Shown here: positions 34,684 to 45,294 of the stretch, piece after piece | Numbering within the stretch: position 1 is the first letter of the stretch | Layout: each line of letters opens with the position of its first letter | Assembly: GCF_000981445.1 (NCBI RefSeq) | Contig: NC_027217.1 | Location: 124,001-188,000 of the forward strand | DNA length: 64,000 nucleotides | Source: Babesia bigemina | Taxonomy: Eukaryota | Reading direction: 5' to 3' | The notes under the pieces: model-generated | What the model was told of the DNA's origin: nothing | Database searches by the model: none | What the model saw: the letters and a program-made list of their open reading frames with translations, nothing else | Position numbers and translations under genes: made by a program

Positions 34684-34730
34684 AACTATGTTAATTGGGA
34701 AGCACTAGGGGGATCAAAACTCTAAGGTGA
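34684..34730 (-). promoter_or_regulatory. Conserved 47-bp element 61-107 nt upstream of the copy B ATG
   Basis: aactatgttaattgggaagcactagggggatcaaaactctaaggtga versus aactatgtggactgggaaccattagaatgatcatacctctaaggtga. Confidence 0.5.
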
Positions 34731-35745
34731 TGCCCTATACGCAACACCCTACCCAAGCCGCTAACTGCCCTAGTTGAGAACACTACAGTACACCAAGCTG
34801 AGTGACATGTGTCACGACGCGAAAACCAAGCGCGATAAGTTAGTACCCACAGCCAATCACTTGTCCACTCCACCTTCCTATACAACATAAAAAACCGAAA
34901 CAATACCACCATCTCACTCACCTTAAGCGGGATGATGGTGATATGTCCAGGCATCCTGCAGACACGAAGCTCGAATGGCTTATGACTAGGTGGGCTGCAA
35001 CAGGGGTTTAACGGCAAGGCAGCTCCCCCGACCCCGCATTGCGGCGTCGCCAAGCTGTCACCGCTCAACATACGAGAACCAATCAAAAAGCTGGCATCAA
35101 ACCGACCGCCCGCAACACGACAGCTGCGCGTCTTGCACCACGGATATACCGGTGATATAAATGCATGTGAAACATATTTTTTGCCTCAACATGCGTATCA
35201 ACAGACATCTCAATCGTGATGTTTCAACTTCACCCAGCATATACCACGCCACCTTACCGCTGTATACTAGCCAAGCTGTTGTTGCCGTCCCAGCCGACTA
35301 GACAGTCTACTGTGGGGGTGAAGTGGGGTTATGTTGGTGATGTCTACAGTGTTGCCCGCTGACGCCGCTTTACCACGCTGCCTAGCTATCGTCACGCCGG
35401 ACTAGTTGTCTTTGGCGTTCATGACCTATCTAAGAATCAAATAAATACCACGCCATACCATACAGCTAGCAGACAGTTGAACGACAACCTCAACTGGTGA
35501 TACCTGTTGACCGGTCACCTATATGATAACCCACCAACCTTCGCATACTACCGAGGTCATCAGATAGAACTGCCACACATAAACAACAACCCACAACACA
35601 ACATCCCAAACAACAATCCTTTTAATGGGTTGAATACATGAGACACTGGGTTAGGAGGTAGGTTAGGCGGTGGACGGTTGGTTATTCGGACTGATGTGTT
35701 ATTGATAGGCTGCACAATCATTAGACAATAAATACCGTAAATCTG

Positions 35746-38700
35746 AAACGATAGACCTATTGACTAGAGAACCTTCGAGAGGCACTAGACTGGCTCATCC
35801 AGGTGCGGCACTGTGCCAAGACTTCGACACTGTCCGACAATCTCTGCAAGCCGTTTCACAATGTTGCTCATGACGTTGAAAGATATCTGCCGCCTCGAAC
35901 CGCATCAGAAGAGCCGTCAGCCTGCGATGTTATTTCACGATTGTCAACGTTACAAGGCTCTGCTCCGGAAGACTCTGCGAATCCTAATAAGAACATTATA
36001 CATAATCTCTGTGCCTCCGCTGCCAGCCTATTAGGTTATCGATCTCCTGGGACCTACGACGGTTCCGGGATTGTGTACGGCAACGCCTTGCGTCTGTGCG
36101 ACGCCATCCTGGCATTCTTGTATGCCGTGCTCAGCGACGTCCATGCTAACCAGCCGTACGTTGCTGGTAAATATCTATTGTATGATGTTATTGTGGAGAT
36201 AAAATCCCAACTATGGCGTGGCCGCAAGGGGTTTCGCCAAGTCATCCCCAAGGTGGCCAATGACCTTGAGAGGTACAACGCCGCTGTCAAGGCTTCGAAC
36301 GAGAAGGTCAAGAAGCCGATTGAGACCGTGTTGCATTACGTGAAACCAGATGGTGAGTTGCATAAAGGTATACAAGCTTTGCAGATAACGGAAACATCGA
36401 CGTCCACTCAAGATGAGAGAACTGTGGAGTCCGCTGTATCCCTGGTGGAGGGGTGCAAAGAGGTTGCCGGGGTGTTTTCTAAAGGCTTGACGGCGGCAAC
36501 CAATGCCATAAATGACCTGAACCCCAAGCTGAAGAGAAAGCTTTAGAACGCCAGGAGAAGCTTTTTCAACCACGTTGACTGGCTGAGCAAGTGGTCCAAG
36601 AAGGGGCAGAAAAAGCTGTTGGACAAGATGGTACAAAAAAAATCAAGAGTCGGCTTAAACAGCTTGCAAATGCAGTCAAGGACAAAATTAAACAAGAAGT
36701 GCATACGGTTGTCGAGTTGTTGAAGGAACGTGTTAGGGAGATTAAAATGAAGTTGGAAGCAATTACTGCCAGTGTGGAGGAATATGTCAAGGAGCTGGGA
36801 ACGTGGATGGATGACGCAAAAACGTATATTCAAGATGTGAAAAAGTATGTTGATGACATCATGGAGCAACTTGATGGAAAGCATAGACAGGCTATTGACC
36901 AGGCCGCCGCGGACATTGACAGTGAGCTTGGCAAGAAAGTTGGGGAGTTGAATGAGTGGATTGAGAAAGCGGAAGCCGCCGTCAGTGTGGCTAAGCAGAA
37001 GGCGGATGATGTATTTAAGAGGTTGGATAAGGACAGCGGTACGAAGATTCGTCAAGGGTTTGAGAAGATTAGTGAAGCTAATAAAAAGATTTCGGAAGTT
37101 AATACCCAGCTGGGAATAGTGCACAAGGATTTGGGGGATTGGAAAGGTGTGGCGAAGAGTGTGCTCAGGAACTCTGTTCAGAAGGTTGGAGAGGTGAGTG
37201 ATAAGTTGGATCCAGGAAAACGAGGTGCAGAGCATCCTATTGGTGAGAACCTTAATCAAATCGATACGTCGAACGAAGATATTAAGAAGGCAAATGAACA
37301 ACTCAAAACTCAACTTGAAAAGCTGAGTAAGTGGATCACGGAAGCGGATGGTTTACGCCAAAAAGCACAAGAAAAAGCCGAGGATGTCTACAGGAGCTTG
37401 GCAGTTCATCAGCAGCTGAGCGATAAAATCAAAGAGATTCAGTAGCAAATCAGACGATTAAGGATGTTGACAGTGGGCTGGGTGATGTTGACAGCAAATT
37501 GGGAGAATGGAGTACGGAGGCTAGGAAAGTGATTCACGATGTGGTCAAAAAGGCTGAGGAGGTATATGAGAAGTTGAGTAAAGATGAAGATCAGGTGATT
37601 GGTCGAGGCATCAAGCAGATGAAAGAAGGCAGAGATAACGTCGAGAGAGTTGCTAAGGGGTTAACATTTGTTAGCGACGATTTGGAAAAATGGAGAGAGG
37701 CGGCGCACACTGTGCTTAGCACTGCGGTTGATAATGCTGTAGAGGTGCATAAAGCGTTGGATCCTGCAAGAAATAGCTCGACGCTTGGCACTGAAATTCA
37801 TAAAATTGATACAGCTAGACAGGGCATAGTTGATGCAAACAAGGAGCTTGAAAGCCAAGTGAAAAGTCTCAACAAGTGGATTCAGGATGCCGAAGATATC
37901 CGCCAAAAGGCTGAGACTAAGGCCAGGGAAGCGTATGATAAGTTGAGTGTTCATGAGGAGCTTAGCAAGAATGTGAAGAAAATTATGGAAGCAAAGGAAA
38001 AAATTGTAGGAGTCAACAAGAGTGTTAACACGCATATTGGGAGTCTGAAGCAGTGGAATGAGAAAGCTAAGGAAGTGCTCGACGGGGCAGTCACTAAGGC
38101 GCAGGAAGTTCATAATAGGTTGAAAGATAATGTTGGCCTAAAAGTTGAAGAAATAAAAAAGAGTAACGAAGCAATTAAAGAAGCTAATGCAAAGCTCGGC
38201 GACGAAGTTGCCAATCTAGGTAACTGGAACACCGCCGCCAGGAAAGTCATTGAGATGGCAGACAAGAAGTGTGATGAGATACTCAAGAGGGTTGATAAAA
38301 ATCATAATCAGCCGAAAGATGTTGAAATTTATAAGCAAGCTAAACATCTACAGGATCACGGCAAAAAGCTTCTAAAGGCTGCCAAAGATGCTAAGCAGAA
38401 AGTTGAATCCAAGGTCAAGGAGGCTTTGGACGCCGTGAAGGATATGGACGCAGATCTCAAGAAGGATTTGAAGGTGGTGAAGGATAAGATTAAGGAAGGG
38501 ATTAAAGATGTGATGAGTGAGTTTAAAGTTGGTGATTTGGGGAAAGAGGTGGAAAAGGATTTGAAGCAGTTGAGGGAGAGGATTGTTAAGCTAAGTGAAA
38601 ACGGTAAGGCCGATGGTCTTTTTAGAGGGCAGTTGAAAGCTCTTGATCAGGAAACTCAGAGTGTTAAGCAGAGGATTAACAAAATTAAGAGTGAGACGGA

Positions 38701-41586
38701 TAAGCAGCTTGAGGATCAATTTAGGACGAAGATCAAGGAGCCGCTTGACGTTAAAGTCAAAGCAGTCGAAGAAGCGATTGCGAAGGTTTACGAGAGATTT
38801 AATTCACAAGACGGTAGTGTATCATCGGAGAATAAAAAGAAACTTCAAAAGATTTTCGAGCATATTAGAGGACAGGTTGCAGATATTAAGGGGATGAAAG
38901 GTGGCAACACTGGTCTGGATGGCATTGTCGCGAACGTAAAGGGTCTGTATAACGCGTTTGTTCAGGGCAACGGCAAAGGGGTTGACGCAAGAGTAGATGG
39001 GTGGCTTGGAAGTATTTTGGGAATCAATGAGAATCAACGAGTGACGCATACTGATGGGATGAAGGCTGTGACATCGTGGATTAAAGAGTATAATGGCAAA
39101 GCTAGGAGGCTTGAAGACGCTTTGAAAATTGTTAAGGATCAAATTAAGGGTGCTCTTAGCAGCCAAATTAAAGCAGGTCAGAGGGTGATTACACAACAAG
39201 ATGTAGAAGATAACATTGTAAAAAATCTTACGAAGGTCAAAGAGGCTTGCCGAGCATTTGTAGAAGAGCTGGATAAGAAGCTGACAGACAAGCAAATTAC
39301 ACAATTTGCCAATCCGATAGTTAGCACAATTCAGAGTAGGTTGAGGCCAGGGCAGAGGCTACCGGCTGTTAATGACGAAAAACTCACCGCTGCCGTTAGA
39401 GCTGCCCTTATTGCACTTTGCAGTTGCGTCAAACAGGTAGCGGCGGAAGTAGATTATCTAGGCATAAGCCTGTTTGGCACAATTATAGACGAAACCAAGC
39501 AGGCTGTTGATGATCGTCACGGTAAGCTTGCACGAACAACTAACACGGGCACCCCTGGCAAAGCGAACCCCGACCCTGGCACAGCGCAAGCCGTGGACAA
39601 GGCGATAGAGGGGGTGAAGGAAATGGTTGACAACACGATTAAAGAGAAATTTGAGAACGAAGTTAAGAAGCCTGTTGAAGAGGCCGTCAATGGCCTTGAC
39701 ACTGCCGTTCAAGCTTACGACAAGAAAGCTAGGGAGCAAGTCAAGGATGCGGCCAAGGGGGCGATTGACAAGGCGGCTAATGTGATTAGTGACAGCACTG
39801 GGAAAATAGAATTGGGTGGGAACAATAAACTCATGAAAAATTTTAGTAATGCTCACAAGGAGATCACAACGAACCTCAAACCGAAACTTGAAAAATTACT
39901 CAATGACCACATTGGGAGGGATGACACGCGTGATGGTAAGAGAGAACAAATCAAACTGTCGAGAGATTTTAAAAGATATGATGATCATGTAAGCATTGGC
40001 TCTCTAACGGACTACGTGTATGGTCGACTTTCTCTAGCGATAGAGAAGGTTAGGGATGAGGGGCTGACTGATATTAATAAGCATGTTGGTAAGAGAGCTG
40101 GCGATAGGACTGAAGAAATAGACATCACTGGTTCGTGCAGCAAAGTAGAAAAAGAGCTAAAAGATATCGTCGATCTACTTACTCACAATGACAAAATAAT
40201 ACTCGACTATGGCGACATAACAAACAGAGGAGTCAAAACGTTGTTGACTGAGCTCGATGATGGACTTACCAAACCAGTCCCTGGTGTTTTTGACAAAGGC
40301 CTTGAAACAATCACAAAGGTTATTGGAGACCTGCAAAGAGACACGTTTGATACTAAGTCCAAGACCATTGAGGAAGCCGCCGCAGAAATTAGGAAGGAGG
40401 TTGAAGTACTTAAGAAGAAGTTGCTGAGTGATGGTGGTAATGATGACGTTATTAACGCATTAAAGGGGTTGAAGGATACTGGTATGTCGAGTGGAACATG
40501 GAACGGCAAAGGTGGCAGTCCAATAGATGGTCTCAAGAAAATCGAGAGTGAGCTCGAAAGGTATAATGAGGTGTTAGGGAAGCAACCTGGTATAATCGGC
40601 GATGCCGTCTACGGAATTAGGGATGCACTTGCAAGAATCAAAATTAAGTTGAATGAGCCCCTCACTTATGATGACGTCGTGCACCATTTGACAAGATTAG
40701 AAAAAAAGATTGGTATAGGTGATGAGAATAATGAATACAGTCTTCAGAAAATAATCAAAGCGATCAACAAGCTAAGAGCGGGGCAATTTAGTGTAAACCC
40801 GAAAGCCATCCAGCGAGCCGCGGGTGAATTTATTAAAGAACTTAGACTGATTCAGTATGTTTTGAAAGGTGAGCGAAACAATGACGTAATTATAACGTTG
40901 AGTGATTTGAAGAATGTCGGCTTAAGCGTAAATGATTGGCACAAGCATGAAAACGCAAAAGGTCTCCATAAAATCGAAAATGAACTCAAACTTCAACAAA
41001 GTCAGTTGAACGGGCAACCGAAACTAATAGGCTCAGGCGTGGAACAAATTGCCAATGTGCTGGAAGAGGTGCGAACTGCGTTACAGAGTATAGACGGAGG
41101 TACGAAAGGTGACGTGATAAACAGATTGGGAGCTCTACTAAGAGATGCATTCAATGGCTCAGAGTGGCAGAATGGTAGAGGTAAAAAAATCACTAGTCTC
41201 GGCAAAATTAAGCAGGACCTTCACCAGCAGAAGGAGAGTTTGGCTCAGCAATATGAAACAATTGACAAAGCAACCGAAAGCGTAATGCACGAAACACAGG
41301 ATATGCTTAGAAAGGCAAGCCAGAAGTTAAGTAGTGATCTCATTAGTGATACCATCGTGAAGAATTTACAGTTGTTAGAAAAGATGATTGTCCGTGGTCA
41401 AAATGGCGATGACAGTCTTCAAGGAATGTATGAGAAGATTAGTGGACTGCAAAATGAGGAAATCCATAAAAGTTCCGAAGCCATCTTTGCAGCGAAGCAA
41501 CAGGTTGGCAAGGAACTTAAAAGGCTTAAAGATAAATTACAAATCGATGTTAGCAATAAATTGGAAGACTTGGTGATAAATGGGTT
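35746..41586 (+). pseudogene. Decayed ves-like long coiled-coil antigen ('extracellular matrix-binding ebh-like' type in Babesia annotations), truncated by a retrotransposon
   Basis: N-terminus KR*TY*LENLREALDWLIQV resembles the ves start ..KLTDCPENLRE.IDWLIQV; YDGSGIVY and LCDAILAFL motifs. Stops at 35752, 35761 and 36544; frameshifts at the A8 run 36635-36642 and at ~37441-37445; no ATG. Antigen-like sequence ends at ~41586. Confidence 0.8.
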
Positions 41587-41678
41587 CGGCCTCCTTATTA
41601 AATTAAGTTATCTCATCTTATAGTGTGCTATGTGGCTACGTGCCTTGGGCCGGTTTTCGTGTTTGCGGGGCTAACGCC

Positions 41679-42102
41679 TCACGCTGAAACCGGTTGCGGG
41701 ATCCACGCCGGTCCGTTGCCGGACGTCACTGGTGCCATCCATGCGGGCATCCATCCAGTTTGGGCTTGAGGGTCTTCTACGGAATCGTAGTCTTCTTTCG
41801 GCTTCATATCCCTCATCACTATTTTATGTGTTTCTTGGATCACTACCCTTTGTATGTGGGCTTCCATGCGATCCGATATGCCCAGGTCCCGTCTGTACTT
41901 GCTGTGCTCCTTTGTCACTATTCCCTCCCACGTCATAACGTAGGGGATAACCCTGATCTTGGTTTGCTGGTTAAACTGCCGCGCCTTGAGGTCCTCGATA
42001 AGGTCTTCATACTTCTGCTTCTTGAACTTCTCCGTATCCACTAGGTTGTCTTGATTGGTGATTCCTATCTCAAAAATGATGATGGTGTTATCACCAATAA
42101 CA
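41679..42102 (-). pseudogene. C-terminal half of the restriction-like endonuclease, out of frame with the RT
   Basis: Frame reads VIGDNTIIIFEIGITNQDNLVDTEKFKKQKYEDL... to TGA 41679. The CCHC knuckle, RHD/RHN and PD motifs are absent. Confidence 0.7.
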
Positions 42103-44448
42103 TATTTCCTTACATGATACCTCCAGGTCGATCTTGTCGAAATGCGTGATGTCCATGGGAATCACGCCGATGTAGTAGTTGATGACGCTGAGGGCGTACT
42201 GGTTGATGGCCATCGAGAGGTTTTTCCCCGACAGCTTTGACGCAGCCAGTAGCTCCGTTCTCCTGCATATCTCCTGTAGTATTATGTCGAACATTCCGTC
42301 GCTTGTAAGTGAGTTTGAAGTCTCTGTGACTCCCAAGTACTTGTACGTCTCCGGGCCTTCCATCTGCTTGGCGATGCTGGCGCACGCCTCCGTGTTGGTT
42401 GCCGACTTGTCGCGGTTGATCCTGAGTCCTATGTCGTTGAAGAACTTCTCCACTTCTCGGCCCATTCCTCTCATCGTACTTTCCTCGTGGGCGAAGAACT
42501 TGAGGTCGTCAATATAGAGAAAGTGGTTAGTGGCGAAGATCCTGCCGCCAGGCACGCTTAGCTCCACCTTGGGGAAGATGCGAGTCAGGTGCCTGCTCAG
42601 CGGGTCCAAGCACAGCACGAAGAGAAGGGGCGATAGGCTGTCGCCTTGGAGAATGCCCCTCTCTACTTTCTTGTGCATGATTGTGTTCTTGTTCCACCGT
42701 ATCTCTATATTCCACCTCTTGGTCGTCTGCTTGATGAAGTTTGATAACCACCCTGGTAGGTTAAGGTTGTCGATAACCCTTGCCAGGTACGCGTGGTCGA
42801 TTGAGTCGTACGCCTTCATGACGTCGACCCACGTTGCAAGTAACTTCCCCTTGTGCTTCTCGTTGAGCGCGATGTTCGCTAACGCGTGCTCCTTTGCACC
42901 CTGTACGTTGCTCCTCGTGCCCATCTGGTTCTCGGACCGTAGTCCCCTGCCATCGACTTCTCGCTTAAGCGTCTCCGTGGCACAACGGGTAGTTAGCTTG
43001 TATAGGTTGGACATGCAAGTGATCGGCCTGTACTGTGCGGCGGACTTTGGTTTCTTGTTCTTCGGTAGTAGGTACGTGATCCCACAGTAGAACCAGTCGT
43101 CCTGCACTTTGCCTTGCTGGCATGCCTCCTCTACTAGCCTATAAATGACTCTGTGAAGGGACGTGAGCCATTTAATGTAGTAGTTGTAGATCCCATCCGC
43201 ACCGGGCGACTTCCAATCTCGCAATTTCTTGACGATCGTGACGAATTCCTCGTATGTGGGAAAGCCTGCCATGTTCTCTGCCGGTGGTCTTTCGACCAGG
43301 TATCCTTCACCGTTGTGCGGTGCGTTTGGCTTCACCCACATTTGCGCCCAGTACTCTATCATCATCCCCTCGTTTATCGCCGACTCGTCCGCGTCCTGCT
43401 GATTCTCCAGTGTCCTGTAGAAGTGTCCCGTGTAAAGCTCGAACATGCGGTTATGGTTGTACAACTCCTGCTTGAACTTGGCGTTCTTGAGTTTGTCCTG
43501 CTCCTTTTGGAGCTCCTCTTGGGTCCTGCTGATCACGTATGACAGTTCCTGCGGCTTGTCCGCGATCATGTTGTACTTGTCCATTTGGCGATAAACGCGT
43601 TTCCTATCCTCCTTCTCCAGGGGGACCTTCTGCTTGTATTTCAGAAGTAATGCTCCTATCTCCTCCAGCTCCTTGATCCTCCTCTCAGCTGCCTCCTTCT
43701 TTCCCGAGGACGACGATGGTTTCGCGCTGTACTTGTCGTAGCAGTCCTGTGCCGTTTGATACAAGATGGCTAGCATCCCCATGTCAGTGACTGGGTTGTG
43801 CTTCACGTAGTTGTGGACCACTAGATCCAGCGACCTAATCGCCGTGAAGTCGAGGGAGTCCATGGTGTGTCTTTTGTTCTTTACTGTCCTAATAACACCA
43901 GGCTCCCTCAACCTCTGTGCCATGATCCGGTCGAAATCCTCCTGCAGGGCGTTGTATGAGTCGACGTCGTGCAGCGATGCTATTTCTCCAACATCCGTCG
44001 GTTGGCTCCGCGCTGCTTTGGCGACTACCTGTCTTGCCATCTGCTCCACCTCCTTGTGGGTCTTGTGGAATTCGAAATGCTCGTTGGCATATTCCGCGAG
44101 GACCTTCCATCCTCCTCGTGGCATCCTCTGATACTTCGTCACTACTGCCTTGTAGACGTCCGGTACCCAATGACACCATGGTCCATCGATCTGACGCATG
44201 ACACAGTGCAGGAACTGTAGCTTGGCATTTAGCCTAGCGTAATGCGGCGGCATTCGTGGCGTGTTCCCGGCCCGTTCAGCCTGCGGGGCGTGCCCTTCGG
44301 GTGCCCTCGGCAACGCAGCCGTCTCAGTGAGCGCCACCTCACTGGCGGTTCCCGGTGCTATACTGTTGTTTGATTCTCTCACAGGCCCGACTTGCTCAGG
44401 TTCCTCTTCGTCCACATCCATAAAGTCATCAGACGATATGGAATACAC
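42091..44448 (-). CDS. Retrotransposon reverse transcriptase ORF (no ATG at the 5' edge; C-terminally broken)
   Basis: 785-aa stop-free frame with the RT core and YIDD catalytic motif. Confidence 0.85.
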   Translation of the reverse strand: MYSISSDDFMDVDEEEPEQVGPVRESNNSIAPGTASEVALTETAALPRAPEGHAPQAERAGNTPRMPPHYARLNAKLQFLHCVMRQIDGPWCHWVPDVYKAVVTKYQRMPRGGWKVLAEYANEHFEFHKTHKEVEQMARQVVAKAARSQPTDVGEIASLHDVDSYNALQEDFDRIMAQRLREPGVIRTVKNKRHTMDSLDFTAIRSLDLVVHNYVKHNPVTDMGMLAILYQTAQDCYDKYSAKPSSSSGKKEAAERRIKELEEIGALLLKYKQKVPLEKEDRKRVYRQMDKYNMIADKPQELSYVISRTQEELQKEQDKLKNAKFKQELYNHNRMFELYTGHFYRTLENQQDADESAINEGMMIEYWAQMWVKPNAPHNGEGYLVERPPAENMAGFPTYEEFVTIVKKLRDWKSPGADGIYNYYIKWLTSLHRVIYRLVEEACQQGKVQDDWFYCGITYLLPKNKKPKSAAQYRPITCMSNLYKLTTRCATETLKREVDGRGLRSENQMGTRSNVQGAKEHALANIALNEKHKGKLLATWVDVMKAYDSIDHAYLARVIDNLNLPGWLSNFIKQTTKRWNIEIRWNKNTIMHKKVERGILQGDSLSPLLFVLCLDPLSRHLTRIFPKVELSVPGGRIFATNHFLYIDDLKFFAHEESTMRGMGREVEKFFNDIGLRINRDKSATNTEACASIAKQMEGPETYKYLGVTETSNSLTSDGMFDIILQEICRRTELLAASKLSGKNLSMAINQYALSVINYYIGVIPMDITHFDKIDLEVSCKEICYW

Positions 44449-44499
44449 GGTCGGAGAGCGGCTGCCACCGTTTCCGACAGCCTCCCCTGCCGGTGGCTG

Positions 44500-45050
44500 T
44501 TACCGCAGCATCTACGGCACCATGGTGTGAGAAAAGCGTGACTGCCGCTATGCATAACCTAGTTCATTTAGCCCACTGAAAAGATGACTGAATACGGTAA
44601 GGTGAGTTGTGAGTTATCTGTGAGAGATGTCTACGGCATCCGACCTTGCTAGTGCAATGGGGCGCTGGGTGGAGAGCGACCAACGTAGGCAGCTGTTATA
44701 GTCGTTCTAAGTGAAATTATGCATCGTATGTTCGATGAATGACTGGTATGGTAATATAATGTGCATAGCTAGGCAATGAATGCCGCTGCGTCTCCCACGT
44801 GATGGCCAGTGGACTGCGTGGTTACGTGACACTGATGGCAACAGGGTAAATGATGAGCATCTTGACTAAGCAATGTAGTTTACATAGATACTCTTTTATG
44901 ACACAAGTGTGATTACATTCTGAAGCAGCGTTGACAACGTTGGTCTGTGATGGATAGTGTCAGCTGCGCTACAGGTGCCCGTTGACCTGCATGCCACGGC
45001 CAAGATGGTATCAACATGCTTTATCTTGGTTGTACTTCAGTTGTGATAGC
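44500..45050. repeat. Conserved ves-like 3'-flank spacer, inverted homolog of 28868-29415
   Basis: See 28868-29415. Confidence 0.85.
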
Positions 45051-45155
45051 TGCATAGTTTTGATGTGGCTGGCTATTCTCGGGACGACGGGCACCTGGCT
45101 GACGTTGAAGCTGATGGGAGCTCAGTTGCCTTGCATAGGCGCGTGTTGATGAGTG

Positions 45156-45282
45156 GTTGGTGAGTGCTGCTTAGGTGATTGATGTTTGCAGGTTGAGGGG
45201 ACTGGGAGCGGCAGTGGTAGTGTTGCAGTTGGTGAGTGCTGCTTAGGTGATTGATATGTTTGCAGGTTGAGGGGACTGGGAG
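45156..45282 (+). repeat. Two ~53-55-bp direct repeats, each containing an intron-like GTGAGT...TTTGCAG
   Basis: gttggtgagtgctgcttaggtgattgat(at)gtttgcaggttgaggggactgggag at ~45156 and ~45228. Confidence 0.85.
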
Positions 45283-45294
45283 GAACAGGGGAAG

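Larger units (their letters stand above)
41587..44495 (-). mobile_element. Non-LTR retrotransposon of the RLE type (R2/NeSL-like group), apparently 5'-truncated and internally deleted
   Basis: RT motifs KSPGADGI, GITYLLPK, YRPITCMSNLYKL, DVMKAYDSIDH, RGILQGDSLSPLLF, LYIDD, YKYLG. A second frame carries the endonuclease remnant TIIIFEIGIT...EKFKKQKYEDL...IRVIPYVMTWEG. Boundaries are inferred from loss of host-gene similarity. Confidence 0.85.

Noticed and set aside
35645..35670. GGGTTAGG..GGTTAGG as an interstitial telomere
   Set aside because: Only two imperfect units, and not the GGGTT(T/C)A array.
37499..41623. True homology to staphylococcal Ebh / bacterial HGT
   Set aside because: The N-terminal motifs are ves-like; any Ebh similarity is likely generic coiled-coil composition.
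42085..42125. Programmed frameshift or read-through joining RT and endonuclease
   Set aside because: Essential intervening motifs are missing, so deletion is the simpler explanation; no slippery heptamer is evident.
42091..44448. RT as telomerase, group II intron, retron or LTR element
   Set aside because: The SPGxDG and QGDSLSP motifs and the C-terminal RLE remnant fit non-LTR elements. No LTRs, integrase or TERT motifs are visible.
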